Source: a phage
DNA length: 64,000 nucleotides
Reading direction: 5' to 3' (one strand)
Sequence record: PZ445447.1
Shown: positions 63,088 through 64,000 of the stretch, in pieces
Numbering within the stretch: the stretch's first letter is position 1
Layout of the letters: every line of letters starts with the position of its first letter
Position numbers and translations under genes: made by a program
The notes under the pieces: model-generated
The model's database searches: none
What the model was told of the DNA's origin: nothing
The model's input: only the letters and a program-made list of their open reading frames with translations

Positions 63088-64000
63088 TTTGTAGCTCTCG
63101 TAAAACCTCCCTAATTGCGGGGAAATCTTTATTATTGACACCACCAACCTGTCATGGTAACATGACAGAGGCTTCGAAGAGAGATCGAAGGTATGGTAAC
63201 AGTGTGTTAATTTAGATAATCCGCAGCGAAGCATCCGAGAGGATGAACGTTCAACGACTAGTCGAAAGACGTAGAATCAAGCGATTCGAAACGGGAGGGT
63301 GAATGTGTAATACTAAGAAATGTATGGATTGCCAAAGAGTTCTACCTATTGATGATTTCTTTTTATCATCTAAGAGCAAGGATGGATACTCAGGTACATG
63401 CAAGGAATGCTATATGTACTACAGGAAGGGTGGATCTCGTAAAAACAAAAATATGGTTAAGAGAGATGATGCAGCATTGTTTATTCAAGACTTGCTGAAG
63501 AAAGGTGAACTTTTTGAATGCAAATCTTGTCATGAAAGTATGCTCGCTGATAGTTTTTACACAAAACGTGACTATGGTAAAGTATATCTGGTTACGAACA
63601 GGTGTAAGATGTGTGAAAAGTTTTATCAGATTGAGAAGAAATTTCACATAACAAAAGATGAATACTATCGTCTACTCTCAGATCAAGATCATAAGTGTGC
63701 CATTTGTAGAATATCCCTTGATGAGTATAGGACGCAAGGGTATAGAGATTTCTTTTGTGTTGATCATGACCATAAAACTGGTGCTGTAAGAGGGTTGCTT
63801 TGTGATAAATGCAACAGAGCTTTAGGTTTCTTCCAAGAGGATGAGGAAACTATTCTTAGAGCGGCAGAGTATTTACACATTCATAAGATATAGTCTGGTC
63901 TGCATGGAGACATGCAGCTGCCTGAAAATGGCGGGGCAAGACTAGCGACCTTGCCCGAACATAAACGACACAATTCGAATGGGAGCAGATAGACTACCTG
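63088..64000 (+). mobile_element. putative intron or homing-endonuclease insertion (runs past window end)
   Basis: structured sequence with GNRA-capped hairpins (ctgtcatg-gtaa-catgacag; ctgcatg-gaga-catgcag) flanking an Endo VII-like endonuclease ORF right after the truncated terminase-like frame; 3' boundary not in window. Confidence 0.4.
63303..63893 (+). CDS. Endo VII-like HNH homing endonuclease with N-terminal zinc-ribbon domains
   Basis: C-terminal HKCAICRISLDEY...VDHDHKTGAVRGLLCDKCNRALGFF is a textbook endonuclease VII core; N-terminal CMDCQ...DG...CKEC zinc-ribbon repeats; gggagggtga RBS. Confidence 0.7.
   Translation: MCNTKKCMDCQRVLPIDDFFLSSKSKDGYSGTCKECYMYYRKGGSRKNKNMVKRDDAALFIQDLLKKGELFECKSCHESMLADSFYTKRDYGKVYLVTNRCKMCEKFYQIEKKFHITKDEYYRLLSDQDHKCAICRISLDEYRTQGYRDFFCVDHDHKTGAVRGLLCDKCNRALGFFQEDEETILRAAEYLHIHKI

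Overview
This 64-kb window reads as a slice of a large virulent tailed-phage genome from an enterobacterial host; the host inference rests on a lambda-R-like endolysin, an E. coli-like HPF and consensus sigma70 TTGACA-N16/17-TATAAT promoters. All calls are from manual reading of the sequence and the supplied ORF track; no database search or RNA-folding tool was run, so functional calls rest on recognised motifs and coordinates of small features are approximate. Layout: (1) 1-18.4 kb, plus strand: about 45 small early-type genes of unknown function, many with their own promoter and stem-loop cassette, plus a Poa1-like macro-domain gene and an SSB-like gene. (2) 18.4-20.9 kb: a 2.5-kb repeat-rich non-coding zone where the two gene blocks converge. 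(3) 20.9-56.7 kb, minus strand: first a run of small genes containing an expanded paralog family and a ribosome hibernation factor (HPF) homolog; then a nucleotide-metabolism and DNA-repair cluster (two DNA methyltransferases, ClpP-like protease, PhoH, NrdG, NrdD interrupted by a putative group I intron carrying an HNH endonuclease, glutaredoxin, NrdB, NrdA, ThyX, nucleotidase, dNMP kinase, DnaQ-like exonuclease, Endo VII-like and RuvC-like nucleases, FEN, lambda-R-like endolysin, DNA ligase, Sir2-domain protein, T4 Rnl1-like RNA ligase). (4) 56.8-64 kb, plus strand: P-loop kinase and metallophosphoesterase, an HTH protein followed by four tandem palindromic repeats, two GC-rich structured non-coding islands, a cluster of six canonical tRNAs plus one atypical tRNA-like gene, a spanin pair, and a terminase-like P-loop ORF cut off after its Walker B motif by an insertion carrying an Endo VII-like endonuclease. 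No CRISPR array, rRNA or integrase was seen. The strongest candidates for an undescribed system are the duplicated small-gene module with the embedded HPF, a three-gene RNA-repair set with a non-T4 arrangement, and the Sir2/macro-domain pair.
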